Source: Chrysomallon squamiferum (lineage: Eukaryota > Animalia > Mollusca). From it: a stretch of DNA of 64,000 bases. Positions within the stretch are counted from its first letter, which is position 1. Each line of letters starts with the position of its first letter. The translations under genes were made by a program, and so were the position numbers. Positions 1-15,277 of the stretch are shown here, in pieces. Under the pieces are notes generated by a model. That model was not told where the DNA came from and ran no database searches. It was given only the letters and a program-made list of their open reading frames with translations. The stretch covers positions 15,500,001-15,564,000 of the forward strand of contig CM022665.1 of the NCBI GenBank assembly GCA_012295275.1, read 5' to 3'.

Positions 1-82
<82 letters not shown>
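1..82. repeat. (CT)n microsatellite with short (GT)n tail
   Basis: Seen directly. Confidence 0.98.
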
Positions 83-994
83 AGCCGATTCTCTTTTTTT
101 TGCTCTACGCATCTCTCTCTTTTGCTCTTTCGCTCTGTCTCTATCTATCCATCTATCCATCTATCTATCTTTCTGACTGTCTTTCTACCTATCTTTATCT
201 CTCAGAATATCTAGTAGGGATGTATTCTGTTAGGATAACCACGGATTAAATCTAGTATAAGTAATTCTCAGAAGATGGTATGACTATTTTGCATCAGCTG
301 CTTATTGTATCGTATTAAATAAAAACATCAGTTTGAATATCTTCCTGGGATATCTCTACACTTACACCTCCAGTTTTCAGAATAATGTTATCTTCACGAA
401 CATCCAGTTATAATGTCAGTCTGACGTAAATCATACAACAGGCTACAAAATGTTTTATTTTCTTTTCACTTTTGTCATGATTTTAGTCAGTTTCAATTTA
501 TTATTGTTGTTGTTGTTGATGCTGTTGTTGTTGTTGTTATTATTATTATTAATATTTAATTCATACAAAGTAAAATCTGCATAATATCAACCTCAGCACA
601 TTTCAGTCAGACGATTTTTCTTCTTCTTCTTCTTTTCTTCTTGCACGATAAAAACTGCAGTGGAAATTTAAAAGTAACAAAACCTACATCATATTCAAAG
701 GAAAAAAACATCTGTTTTATACTGGGATAAGAAGATGCTTTAATGACTGGGTTATCAGCGAGGAACGTGAAAATGTAATCTTAGCGGTCCTGTGGTATCA
801 GATTATTGTCGGGGTAGATGTAGGTTAACAAGTTTGATCTTAAATCTGGAGAACGGATGACGCCGAGATAGGATGACTGTGACAGACGACAGTATCTTTT
901 TTGTTTCCCGCCAAAAGAATAACTCATAGGTGGGTCCTGAAGTGAGTGTACCCTGCGCTTCCTCAACTGCAAAATATTTACTGTTCTATTCTAT

Positions 995-1033
<39 letters not shown>

Positions 1034-1334
1034 TTATTTTTTTATGACTGTGGGTTGCTAGGTGGTTTTTTTCGTATATAACGTCAGTTACAAAGGCATG
1101 TTGTACCCTCTTTTCTCCAGTTTACATCCGCCCCTGCTACTGATCTTTGAGTATTTTGTTTTCTCACGATTTCTCACCACTGATAGTTTTAATGTTGTCA
1201 CAGTGAAGTGGATGATGTCGTTAGAATGACTGATGTATTTATGTCTTGTTTAACTTGAAGTATGCTGACCTATACTACCTGTCACAAACCAGTATATTAG
1301 TATGTGAGTATGTAAGTATGTATGTGTGTGTATG

Positions 1335-1378
<44 letters not shown>

Positions 1379-1530
1379 AAGCATATTTGCCTGTTTTACT
1401 AACTTGTCATAGAAAACAGATTGCTTATTAATTTGCAGGTGTTGAAATGACAAAGTAAATTTAATCAATCAAATTATGTCAGTAACATGTTGATGTCTAT
1501 AGCCTGTGGCGGTAATTATATAAAACAGAG

Positions 1531-1635
<105 letters not shown>

Positions 1636-3680
1636 TGGAATTAGCGATCGAGAGAGGGATGAATAAAGAGAGGTACTGAAACAAGCAGATAGTATATAGA
1701 TTAAGGGTATTAATAAACTGCAGGTATGTATTATCGAAAATATCGCACTTTCAAAGTTCATCAGGAGAGATAAAATGTAAAGATCAAAAGAGGTTTCATT
1801 TAACACACTGTTATGACTGTACGACAGTTAGGTAACGACTAGCTAACACTATATCGCTGTTTGTGTATTACGTTACGTTCTGAGTAGAATTTTACCACTG
1901 TTTATCGACAACAAGCTTCAAATTGTCAAAGAGGCTGAGTAAAAGAAATGTTAAGTGCAAATAGGTGTGGGGATATCACCATAGTGTTTATGTTTGAGAA
2001 CATAAACACTATGGTGTTGTTAAAGAATAGTTGGTTTTACATTGTCGTTATCGTCATCATCATCATCATCACCATTACCATTAATATCATCAGCTTGACC
2101 ACAACAGCCTTCATTATTATAATCAGTACAGTTTTATTATCATGCGAAAGGGAGCGACAGTTCATTATTCGGATAATCTTACAAGACCTCCACAACGTGG
2201 TCTGGATAGAAACCTGCTTCATGTCACGAAACACGGACCCACCAGTTTTGATGCTCAGTTTTATTATTCCTACCAAAACGTCTAATAACGAAACACTGAA
2301 CCTAAGTTCTCTTTAGTAACAAAGAAGACAGCATAACTTCAGTTATATAGATCGTAAAACAGAATCCTAGCTGAGGGTATCTGAACTCGAATATTTCCTT
2401 TTTATGATCACATTATGTCTAGAATTTTATGGTGTCGTAGATGGCTATACATTGAATAAATAATATTTTGGTTTTCGTTCATTACAAAAAGAAAAGTACA
2501 AATCAGTTTATTGCATCTTTAACCTGGATTACAAACAGGCCTTGGCTACCAAGCTCATATTCTTCTGCTTTCTCTACTGTGCCACTTCCCGTCACGAACC
2601 GCAGACTCCAACTGTTACACACATTGATCTAATCAGTCATTAGCCGGCTTTTTTTTTTTTTTTTTTTTTTTTCTCTTTAACCTCAAATCCAGTGTTGCAA
2701 AAATCTCCTTGACTAATTCTCTCAACTGGCTGGTTTACTCAGTAGAGCTAATCTCCTGTTATTCAACACGTCTGAAACAAGAGAAATTGTCTCCAGCCAA
2801 CAACGCCATGATGGATTGGTTTCCGTAACAAATCCTCGGCACCCCTCGTTTCTTGTGCACTGCGGGTGTAATGTAGGAGAAGCATGGACTCAATAAAATT
2901 ACAGGGATCAAATAAATGTCTGCTAGGATTTTTATTTTTATTTATTCACACACAATCTTTTCGGTGGATGAGCTGAACCTTTAGACATGTTTGACTTGAG
3001 AGGTGTTTCCGTGGGTCCGTTTATTTATAATTTCAAAATGATGAATTGATTTTGCTGCTTGATTTCATGAGATAAGAAAAACTATTAAACTCGAGACCCT
3101 GACTCTGGTTTTCATGTCGTTTGTTTCGGTGGATTTTTATGCTCAAGGAAAACAAATGTTATATAAACAAGAATTTTTATTATTTAAAGTTGTTAGAGGT
3201 GCTGATGTTTTATTTATATCTTTATAGTTTCATATTGTATGCATGTATTTCAATACTGTACATTTATAGATATCCATTTTCAACAGCAACAACAATAATA
3301 ATAATAGTTGTTATTTTTTTTTTTTTTTTTTTCGTTTTATTATTATTTCTACTCCTACTTTAAAAAAATAAAAAGTAGATAAATAAATAAACTACTACTA
3401 CTACTACTACTACTACTAATAATAATAATTTTAATAATAATAATAATAATAATAATAAAATGAGCGCAATAACCTTCATGTTCAAAGCAGTTTAAAAAAT
3501 TTAAAATTCTGAATTTTAAATGAAAATCTCGATAACCAACAGAAATCTTGCACAACCAAGACAGACAGCGCACCGAATTATTTGTACATTTTGTAGCCAG
3601 AGTGTTAAGTGGAGTTATGTGAGTCTTATAATTGAAACAATAGCAAGGAATAAGAAAGTTTGTGTTTCAAATACTGACAC

Positions 3681-3827
<147 letters not shown>

Positions 3828-5076
3828 CTTTTCTAAACCCCTTACGTTCTTTTAGCAAACCCTGCAAACCCGAGGTCTGTTGACATAAGTTGCTTGGTGT
3901 GTTGCAGCAAGGAGAGGTCGAGCGACTCGACCAGTGCTAAACTAAAAACATAAAGGATATTCCCTTGTTGGTTTTAACGAAATCGTTCGCATACGTAAGG
4001 AGTCAGTCGGCCATGTAAGCGAAAAAAATGTATTTAAAAGTTCATTGCAATCGCGGTCATTATCCATTAGTCGGAGAATTTTTTCTCACCTTCGTGTCTG
4101 TCTGTCTGTGCGACAGTCAGGAAGTCGGTACAGAAATAAGACAGAAAGGTAAAAAGCTTTTATATACTCATAACTGACATTTCCAGCAGAGCAAGAATTT
4201 GAATTATGGTCAAAGGATTTTTTTTTTTTTTTTGAGTTTCAAAAATTGGATCCTGACACGTAGCCAGTTTATTCTATAAACGGTTAGTAGGGATCAAACA
4301 GCGTATAAGTCTTTTGTGTGTGTGTGTGTGTGTGCGTATGTGTACGTGTGTGTATATATATGTGTGTGTGTGTACGTGTGTACGTGTGTGTGTGTGTGTG
4401 TGTGAGAGAGAGATAGACACACACACACACACACACACAAAAGAAACTCGTTGTTTTTGCTATTAGCATCAAGAAATGTTCTATATATACCGACACCCTG
4501 TTAGGAAAACTCCTACCTACAACCTCTGATAATGGAGTAGTGGGTTAAAGGCTGGAATGGGCAATCTTAACATTGTGCATATGGAGTACTAAGCTAAGTA
4601 ATGATGAGCTGTTGCTATTACTCCCAAACAAAGAGAATACTGCGAAACCCACAATTATAGGCTTGTAATTACTCTCATACTGCATTGTCGAAACTATCGT
4701 GATTAACAACAGAATACTTTTTCTTTGTTGGAGTACGTTGTATATAATTCACGCTTTCAGTAGGGGTATATATGTTGTTTTTTGTTTTTGTTTTCTGTTG
4801 TGCGTTGTTGTTGTTTTTGTTGGATTGGGGTATGTTGTGTTTGTGTGAGTTTATTTTTGTATTATTTTATTTTATTGATATGGATTTTTTTATTTTATTT
4901 AATTTTTTTTATGTTTTTCATTTGTTGTTTTTTTATTTAATTTTATTTAATTTTTTTCAGGATTGCTGCCAGTACACTCTGAAAATAATATTTACGATAA
5001 AACTTTTTTCTCGATTTTAAATCTAATCTATTTCAATGTAGTGAAAAGACCGCACTGAACCAAACCATCTGAAACG

Positions 5077-5113
<37 letters not shown>

Positions 5114-5316
5114 CTTTACTGTGAGCTTTTAAAATGCTTTTAACTTTCAAATAAAGCTTTTAATTACAAGCCAATGTCTGAGTATTATAATCTGAAAAAC
5201 AAAACACTTTTTTTAAAATATATTTCTATAGATATTATATTACATCTCGGAAATATCCTTTATGATACCAAATTTTTTTTTTTTTTTTTTTTTTCTTTTC
5301 TTTATGTTTCTTTCTT

Positions 5317-5347
<31 letters not shown>

Positions 5348-6084
5348 GGGGGCTATTTTCGTGCTATCAATAAGCCATATTTAATGTTCGAACTGTTAAT
5401 CCCATTGCCCATACATATCATCACATACTGACCACAAATGTATTTCCTCATGTACAGTACACCTCCATTTCGTGAGTTCTGTTCTACAATTCACGCTATA
5501 ACGGTACATATAGAAACTGATATTAATGCCCGCAATAAATTAATTGTTGTAAAATATTATTCTTTTATTTATTTGTTATCAGGGGCAAAGTGAATTAAGT
5601 GCATATTTTACCGGTGAATAAGTTTTTTTCATACCCAGTAAAATAATCTTTTTTTTAAAAATATATATATATTTTTTTGTCCATTCGTCTTGGGTTAATT
5701 GCTATTCTGAAGATATAAGAAAGCAATAAGCAATACTTTGTTCGGATAATAGATCAAATAGCCACTCAGGTCTGTTGATATTAGTTTGTGTGAAGAGCTG
5801 TGTGTATAAGATATGCCACTGACACGTCGAGATAGGTCTGTATATTAATATATATATACAACTGCCTAAGTATCTGTACAACCTTTACTATCTAACTGCT
5901 GACCGAGATAGACATTATCGAGTTTAAAATTTTACTTGTTCTTTCTTTCTTCTTTCGTTCATTTTCCTTTTCTGTTTTCTGTCTGTCCTTTTCTTCGCTT
6001 TTCTCTCTGTATGTCACAGTTTCATTATCATTGTGTATTCATTTGTATTTATAAGTACACATTCATCAACATATACATATAAAT

Positions 6085-6240
6085 AGATAGACATACAGAC
6101 AGATAGAAAAAGATAGACAGACAGATAGAAAAAGATAGACAGACAGGTAGAAAAAGATAGATAGACAGGTAGAAAAAGACAGACAGACAGGTAGAAAAAC
6201 AGAGAGACAGACAGCCAGCCAGATAAGATATATAGATATA
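6085..6240. repeat. compound AGAT/AGAC repeat with ~22-bp higher-order unit (agaaaaagatagacagacaggt)
   Basis: Four or five copies of agaaaaaga(t/c)agacagacag(g/a)t. Confidence 0.8.
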
Positions 6241-8381
6241 TTATCAGCAAAGGATCAATAATATGGAGGCTTCCTTAGATAGTAAAATCATACACAAACA
6301 CACATTGGCCTGTGATAAATTAATAATTGGATTCTGTCTGGAACAGGGAACAGCTGGACGGATTTACTAAAAAGGATTGATTCTTAGCCTTAGGACTTCA
6401 CTCCAACCAGTGAACATCATGCCGCTACATTTTTACAGAATTACAAATTATTCCACTCAACCGACCGCATGCTTCTTCCCTTTTTCCTTTTCCCCTCTCT
6501 CTCTTATATATATTTTTTTTCTCTCTGTCTTCTTTTTATTGCCCTTCCGTTTGCTCCCACCCATCTCACACGTCAACAATACCCACTTCTTTTTATACCA
6601 AACCAGCTGCGGTTAACGAGGTCGAAAATGATTTATAATTATATCCAGATCTTGTCCGTTTTAGAAAAATCTCGCTCTTTTCCTTTCTCCCTCTTCTGCC
6701 ATTCGTCTGGGCGATGTCTCTGTCCAAAGAAGAGTTACAGGTTCGTGACATAATATAAAATATTGCCAGAAAAACACCTGCAAGCTTTGCCCGGACAGAA
6801 TCAAGCGATTTGTAAAATTTATTACTGGACGGAAGAGCTCCATAGATCATCAGATGCCAAATTAATCGGCCATGTTGGAGAAATGATAGTATTTTCTATT
6901 CAACCGGTTTTCTATTATGCTCGTCGACTACATTTGGACTAAAGAAATGAAAACGAAGAGTGAAAAAAAAAAAAAAAAGTGTCTGTTAATTTGTATAGCT
7001 TCATGAATAATACAAATATTTAATATTCTGGATCCAAAATCTTCAGTTTATATAGATGTTTAGGAATAATTTAACATTTAATTTTTCTGTTAATCTTTTT
7101 TTTAACAGTGAGAATAAGAGCAATATTAATAAGGCAGGTTATTTGTAGTTTTCATGCTACAATCATCTTAAATCAACAGAAACACACCCGCATACAAACA
7201 TACAAATTAACATACATACATACATACATACATACACTGTATAATTTATCCCTTATGTCCATCAGTATATTTTTCTGTAATTTATTTGTCAGTCTCTTTG
7301 TTAATTTGTTATAGTTCTTACCCTCGTAAAATAATATAAATATCAACACTTCTAAACACCTCACTCTTTCCTCTCTCTACCGCTGTTTATCTCCGAATTT
7401 TCTAATCACATATTTAGTTTCGTTATTATTACTGATATGAATATAATAACACGACGTTATTAAGTGCGGAATGAAATGAAAATTTCTCATTTCTCCCGCT
7501 GGGTTTAAACTTTCATAATTCACCCACCGTCATTATAATTATCTCTACACCCATGTATGTAAGTTATTTAATAAAATCATAATCGGAGGCTGAATTACTT
7601 TTGACGTTTGAAATTTATGGCCTTTGCCACCTTCGAGAAATGTGCAATAAATTACGCCAGGTAAAATTAAATAGTACGTTCGCGTTGTGTTTGATCGAGT
7701 ACCTTTCCGAACCTCCTGGCAGTCTACGTTAGTTTAAGACAAATAAAACACCTTTTTCTACCACACCACACACTGTGAGGAGTAATTTGAAAAAAAAAAA
7801 AAAGTCCACCTCATTTTCCACTTGGAGAGATTTTTTTACTTTGTGTGGCAAGTGCAAATTATGTTGTCCGAAATAGTAGAATATAATGAAGAAAAAAAAA
7901 ATAACCCTTCTTTATCAGCAGTTCATTTATTTCGTTCCTTATATATATATATTACTATTATATAGCAGTAGTAGTTGTAGTGTTAATAGTAATAACAATT
8001 GTAGTAGTAGTTGTAGTAGTGGTAGCATTAGTAGCAGTTGTTGTTGTACTTCTTGTTGCAAGAAAAAATTAGTATGCGGCAAGTTTGCATTCTTCTTCGT
8101 TCACTTTTCATTTATTTTATAAATTGTTCTTTCTTTTTCTCGGGACAGCTGACAGTTTCCATTCTCCCGCGTACTTGTAATGTTGATATAAACAGTTTAC
8201 GTTAGAAGTAATTTAAATAAGGAATACTACATTATAAAAACTTCACTGTTCTGTCGTTCGGTGAAACGCTTGTTAGAGTATCTGATTTACATTTATTTAA
8301 TTCGACATACTTTAATTTAATACACCTACTCAGTATCATCAGTATTACCATAACACTAGGATATTTATTTATTTTTTTTTT

Positions 8382-8414
<33 letters not shown>

Positions 8415-8666
8415 TTTTTTTTTTTTTTTTTTAAATAACTTTTCATCATTCTTTGTCTTAAAAACAAATTTAATTTGAAGGCAATCTAATTTTTTATTTT
8501 TTTTTTTTTTTTTTTATTTTACATTTTCATTATTTTCTATCATTTTTCTGTCTTAACGTTATTCACGTTATCGAAATAAATTACCAGCAGTATAAGAACA
8601 ACAACAACAACAATAAATAACCAAAAAAACCCGAATAAAAACAACAACAACAACAACAACAACAAC

Positions 8667-8703
<37 letters not shown>

Positions 8704-10197
8704 CTCACAAGCATTAAAAAAAAAAAAAAAAAAAAAAAAACAGTTTCAAAAAGAACTACAAAAACTTGATTCAAAATGACACAGAAACGAACGACTTTAT
8801 CCACAATAACTCAAATATTTATGTTATAATCTGTTTCTGCGCAAATAAAGATAACCCCACCCTGACAGTTGTGAGTGGCGGTGTTTTCTGTTAATAAAAA
8901 AGCATCAAAAAGACCTTTCAGCCATCAAGTAGCATACTGAGCAAACCGTGTGTTGTTTTTCTCTCACTAAACGGGGTATTTCACACTGGGTGTACGTGAT
9001 GCCGAAGAAAATAAAATAAAGCGAATGAAACCCGCTGTCGATTTTCAAAGGCTTCACAAAGCATCTAAAATATGAAGTGGGTGTGGTGTGAAGCCTCTCT
9101 GTGTATCTGACTTTGGTGTAATATAAAGATATGTTACATGAGCTATACAGATGTAGACACATTTTAATACACACATACACACATACATAACATATATATA
9201 TATATTATGAAAAAATAATAATTGGCTTTTGTATTTACCGCAGTGTATAGGAATGTATGTTCATACGTACATATGTATGTATCTATGTGGATGTATATGT
9301 GTACGTATGTATGTATGTATTTGTGTGTATATACGTATGAATGCATCTGTGTATATATGTATGTATGTATGTATGTATGAGGATATGTATGTATGTATGT
9401 ATGTATGAGGATATGTATGTATATAATTGTCCTTTCGATTGAACAAACACATGAACACGAGGAATGTCAACGCCCTCCAACCAGTTTTTTTTTTTTTTTT
9501 TTTTTTTTTTATCTTGAAAACGAAATCACCACAAATTATATTTGTTCAAAACGAGACAAATGAACCAAACTCTCGTCCATTGACAACGGGACAGTTTACA
9601 CAATGACAGCGGGTGTGTATATATTTATCCATCTTGATCTCGTCTTCTCGGACCCCCTCGAAAAATTAGGATGTTTCTCGCCACAGTTCACTTGGTGATT
9701 CCCCTTGCTTTTCTCCAGAATCAGTCAAGGCAAAGATGAAGTCTGAAGGAATGATTTCGTCACGGGTCGCGATCTCTTTCTTCACCTGGTCGTTATTATC
9801 GGTACATTAGGAATCTTGTGTTGTTAGATTAGCTGTCATTAGTCTTTGGGAAATATTAAATACAACGAATTTTTTTAAGCGTACTCTACAATGTATTTTT
9901 CTCAGTTGTCATTTGTCGGAATTGAAGCAGACAGCCAGGTAATGAAGGCTTTTTGTTAAGGCTTTAAAAGTCCTCAGAAAAACTCGTAAATGTTCTGTAT
10001 AAAAACTGATTGAATACAGCAGATAAGTACGTCGATGCCTATGTAAACAAACCAATCTTTTTTTAACGTATTAAGAATGTATTAAAGATATAATTAAAGA
10101 TATTAAATTTGAGTGTCTTCCTCAACACAGGTATCCACGTTATTTTTGTACATGTAAATTGTTTTATTGTCCCTATTAAACAAAATATTATATATAT

Positions 10198-10231
<34 letters not shown>

Positions 10232-10428
10232 ATCACAATAATAAACTTTATGAATTCAATTTCAATGCGCACGTGTTAAGTGGTCTTTGGTAGTAAACTG
10301 TGTATCACACCTCGATAATTGCTTTAAATTAAATCTCCCCGTTTTTCTAAACATCATTTTTATGATTTGTGTCGTTCGTTATTTTTCTACCTGCAGCTGA
10401 TGGCCGTAACGAAGGATTTTTATTTTTA

Positions 10429-10460
<32 letters not shown>

Positions 10461-13400
10461 TTTTTTTATTTTTTTTTTTTTTTTTGTGAGAGAAAAAGAA
10501 GGAGAATAAATCTACATACGAGTTTTTAGCGAGATTTATGAATTATGAGATTAATCGTGAAATGATCAAGGAAATAAATTTTAAAATTGGAACAGTATTT
10601 TATTTAATGACGCTCTTTTTAACCCACAATTTTTATGGTGCTTCTATGATAAAGGACTATATAAGCGAGAAGTAAACAAACAAACAAATAAACAAATAAG
10701 CAAATATATAAAATAAATAAATACAAAAATAAATTAGTGAATAAATTTTAAAGAAGCAAGCAAATCTTGAAATTTAAAAAAAAAAAAAAAAAATAAATAA
10801 ATAAATATAAATAACAATAACAACAACAACAACAGCATTTAAATAATAAATAAGTGAGTAAACAGATAAATAAGCAAGTAAATAAATAATTAAACAAACA
10901 AACAAACAAACAAACAAACAGACAAATAAACAACAAACAAATAAAGAGAAAGAAAGAAAGAAATAACGAGACTCCTATTTTTTAATTTTCTTATTTTTGT
11001 TGAGTGTAATAAACTCGGAGTTGTTTGTCGTTGTCTTTGTTGCTGGTCGTGTAATAACATACATCTGATGCCCGCTTCAAAATAAAAAAATTATTTCACT
11101 ACAGGCATGTCTTTCATTTACAAGTGGAGACGAGTTTATGGCACATCTTTATTGCCACGTTCGAATTTTTTATTGACTAACTTACAATGTTGTTTGTTAG
11201 TGAAGTTTCGCTGTATGCAAATCTAATGGGACTTTTATTATTGCATATTTACTTATTCTGTAGATAACCCCCTTCTATTGGTTTTATTTATTTATTTATT
11301 TATTTATTTTTATTTATTAATATCATTTATATTAATATATATATATATATATTTATTTATTTTGTTTGTTTGTTTGTATTTGTTTGCTTGCTTGCTTGTT
11401 TGTTCATTTATTTAATGTGTCTTTTGTTTGTTTTTTTGGTTCTAGTAAACAATGACTGATTAATTGTTTTAGACTAATTGTGTTCATGGCGCTTGTAATG
11501 GCTTAGAGCCATTTTACAGTGCATAATATCATATATAATATCATCATATGGAGTGTGACGTAAAACATTCTAATAATGTATGTATGTTTAAAACATTTTC
11601 ACTAATTTCTTATATAGAATCAGCTTACTATCACCTTACATTCTTCTCTTACCCGCTTACGTTACACAAGAACGGTTAGTTCACAAAGGTGCAATGGGAG
11701 GCGAATTCCTTTCGTGTTCAAGTGGTTTGTCTGAAGATTTTGCAATAACTATGAAGTCTTCATTTTGGCGTATCCGACAACGGCCTCTCTGAGAAACGCT
11801 GAAATGTCTCACCTTATTGTTAACACGTCACGACTCCCGAATAATCAGCCCGCACACCGTCTGGATGATTAATGAAAAACTCGAGTGCGAGATGTGAGAA
11901 AAAGAGATAATAAATTGCTTTGTAAAACATACTAGGGGACTAAGTCCTGAGAACTTGTTTGTATCTTCCGAGATAACCAAGTATGAATGAACCGAATATA
12001 GAAACCGCTTTAAAGACGCTCTGTTGAAATAATATTGGTTATGTAAATAGAAACGATGATGACTTACATAAACGTAACTAAGGTTCTACTAGACTGATGA
12101 CATCATCGGAATTAAGCGTACACAAACGTAACTAAGGTTCTAGATTGATTACGTCATCAGAATTATAGCGCGAAGGTTCTGGAACTGCTGGACCATTTCT
12201 GGTTAAAATAAGTATCTTTTAATATTTAATAATTAAGTGTTAGAAAGAAAAAGATGCTACAACGGTCACTGGTAACACGGGAGTCTTAGAGTTTCGAGTG
12301 GAACGGGAAATAATCCATATCAAAATCTGTACCGATGTGTGTAAATACGTGTGAGGGTGTGCGTCAATATTCTTCATATTATAAACACGGAAACCGTAAT
12401 TTTATTTCCGATTATCAGTATGACATTAAAATTAAAAGACTGGTTATTTCTATTTTCTATATATGTAGTGATAGTCAATTTTTTAAAGGCTTTATATATT
12501 TTTGCTGCTGGTTTTTTTTTTTTTTTTTTTTTTTTTCATTTTCTTTATCATTCATTCAGCGGGAGCTCGTTTCATTTCCATTCCACACGCATACACCTGA
12601 TGCCTTTGTGTGAGCAAAATGTTTGACAAATGACCTATTTAAAATTTTAAACTAACTAGTGGTTAAGTTTTGATGGATCACCGCTGCCACTAACGTATGC
12701 TTGTAATTGGCTTCTGTCGGTGTTTAGTTGAAGAGGGCACGGCCAAACAACGGACTAATTGAAAGGATTTTTTATCGTGTTAGTAGCTGTTTTAGCGCTT
12801 CTCATTTGTACTACGTCTTCGTCAACGGCGTTCGGGGGACTTACGGTTTAGCATCGGTGACAGATAAGCTGTTTCCCAGAGACAGATTCTGAACCGGAGA
12901 GAAAAAAAGAAAAAAAGAAAAGAAAAGAAAAACAGACACGCAAAATATGTCCTTTGGAAACAAGGCTATGTTAGGTGCGTCTGGGAAGTTTGTCAGATGA
13001 CGTTCGGGTTAAAGAAGACAAAGTTACATTCCTTGTCACGGAAACATTTTATTACAACAGAGGGCGCGACGAACGTGACAACGGAACTTGATTATCTCAG
13101 ATGATATCGCGGCATACCAGAAGTGGAGATGGCAGTGAAGTGAGGAGAAAAATGGATTAAAAAAAAAAGTGTGAAAATTATATATAAAAACAGATACATA
13201 GTTTCATAACTTCGATAAATCACACGATACAGCCGAAAACGATATGTGTATTTATCTGAATATGATAAAGTGCAGACGAAATATCTCTTACTGCTAATCG
13301 ATGAGTGAATAGGTTACAAATGACACCACAGGATTTCACTCTTATATCGTTATTACATAAGAATCATGTGGATTATGTCTGACAAATGTTAAAGATAAAA

Positions 13401-14002
13401 TGTTTTGAAGTGTTGTTAAACAAATCTTCATTCAATAAATCATACCATGCGCAGAGGTTAGATCGGGAAACGGTTGCCAAGAGTTAATGGCATGTTAATC
13501 ATTTCAATGTCTAAATGAAATTAATTTTAAAAAATCGGATAATTGAAATCTCAGACAATTTAATGTACCTATCACAAACACACCAGTAACAACCCGCACT
13601 TTAAAGCGAAAAAGATGCTAATTATATGTATAAGAAACTTAAAAAGTTTTGATCAGTTGTTTGTAAGTGATAACGTGATAATTAAGTAATAAAACGAAAG
13701 AATATGTTGTAAAAAAAAAAAAAAAAAAAAGTCTATCTGTTTGTTCAAGTGCTCCTCACACAAGTAAATCCGCAAGAAAGGAGACTATTTTACTCCGTAA
13801 CAAAAGACCTCAAAAAGCATGTAGGTATACTCGATCCTGTTGTCAGTGCAATGTTATACACAGCGTCCACTGATAGATTTATCAGAACAACAACTGTGTT
13901 AATAATTAAATATCCAAAAGTTGCGTGAAGTTAGGAAATAAAACACGTGAAGCAAACTTCAAACAGTTTTGTTTCACCGCGGTGCATTCGAAAGCCCTTC
14001 CG

Positions 14003-14037
<35 letters not shown>

Positions 14038-14604
14038 TCGGAATAGACTTACGTCAGGGCATGACTGTTGCGTTTCAGATATGTTGATTTAGTGACATCT
14101 ATTGTCAAGACGTGGACAAAAACGTCACAGTGTTGATGGTGCGAATCGGTGACAACGCCTACCAGTGCTGCCCTGACCTGTATAACATGTTAAAACGGCA
14201 AGTTTATTGCCCGTGCAGAAAGTGCTTCTGTAGTTTTTAAAGTTTTTTAATTTCTTTCTCGTAATGAAAATGAATGAATAGAATTTTACACTGTCATGTT
14301 GTATGAAAAACACATTTCTTTATATAAATATGTTTTAAGTTGCAGTCTTTATCTGCACTGTGTAGTAACGCGTCGCCAGTGTGATTGCTGCTGCGGTTTG
14401 TGACGTCGTTTCATTCTAGTGAAGGCAGAAACATCAATATTAGTTTTTATTGCAGTTTTTAAAAATAAACTTTTATGAAAATTCAAACGATGATGCGGAC
14501 AGCAGCCACGATTGACGATTATTACTAATGATGATGATGACGACGACAAAAATAAAAACATAACAACAACAACAATAATAGTAGTAGTAGTAGTAATAGT
14601 AGTA

Positions 14605-14643
<39 letters not shown>

Positions 14644-15224
14644 ATAGTAACAATAACAATAATAATAATCCAAACTAATAATATGAGCTGGTTTCTTCTT
14701 TCATTTCTCAGGATGAATATCTTAGTGTCTGCCAACAATAACCAATAAATCATCATGACACTTCTTTTATCATTCTGTAAATAAATACTATAACAAGAAA
14801 GAAAAACAAATCTGAAGGAAATCTTTTTTTATGCTCGTGAAAATTAACGACATCGGATCTTTTTGTAGACGGAACAAATTTGTCTTACACTATAATGAGG
14901 CAAAATTGCACGTTCTTATAATCCCGGTGCACGGTGCACCGTCTCGTTTCAGGGTGCAACCGAACATTTGAACCGGTGTAACTTTAATACAATATATTGA
15001 CATAGCATGATTGATGGCATTCAAAAACGTTATGCAAGCGAGAAGCTCAACCGTACAGAACTATTGGTAACAGCCAAACTGAACGACCCGCGCTTTTATG
15101 CCGAAGTAGAATACAATTAAAGAAACGAAACATACAAATAAATTATTTTTGCAAATCTTAATGCAGAACGCTATGTATTTATTGCCACGTACTAAAATTA
15201 AATAATAATAATAATAATAATAAT

Positions 15225-15277
<53 letters not shown>

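Noticed and set aside
781-972. Minus-strand ORF with an acceptor-like site and RKRR/KR motifs (neuropeptide-precursor-like)
   Set aside because: No recognisable family, no phase-compatible upstream exon, and two frames are about equally open.
9719-9810. Acceptor plus short ORF MKSEGMISSRVAISFFTWSLLS as a possible spondin leader exon
   Set aside because: Weak signal-peptide character, weak donor, and phase 0 is incompatible with exon A (phase 1).
13395-13440. Possible SINE-tail fragments (gtgttgttaaacaaatc; similar at ~11550 and ~44410)
   Set aside because: Too short and degenerate to delimit or assign without a repeat library.
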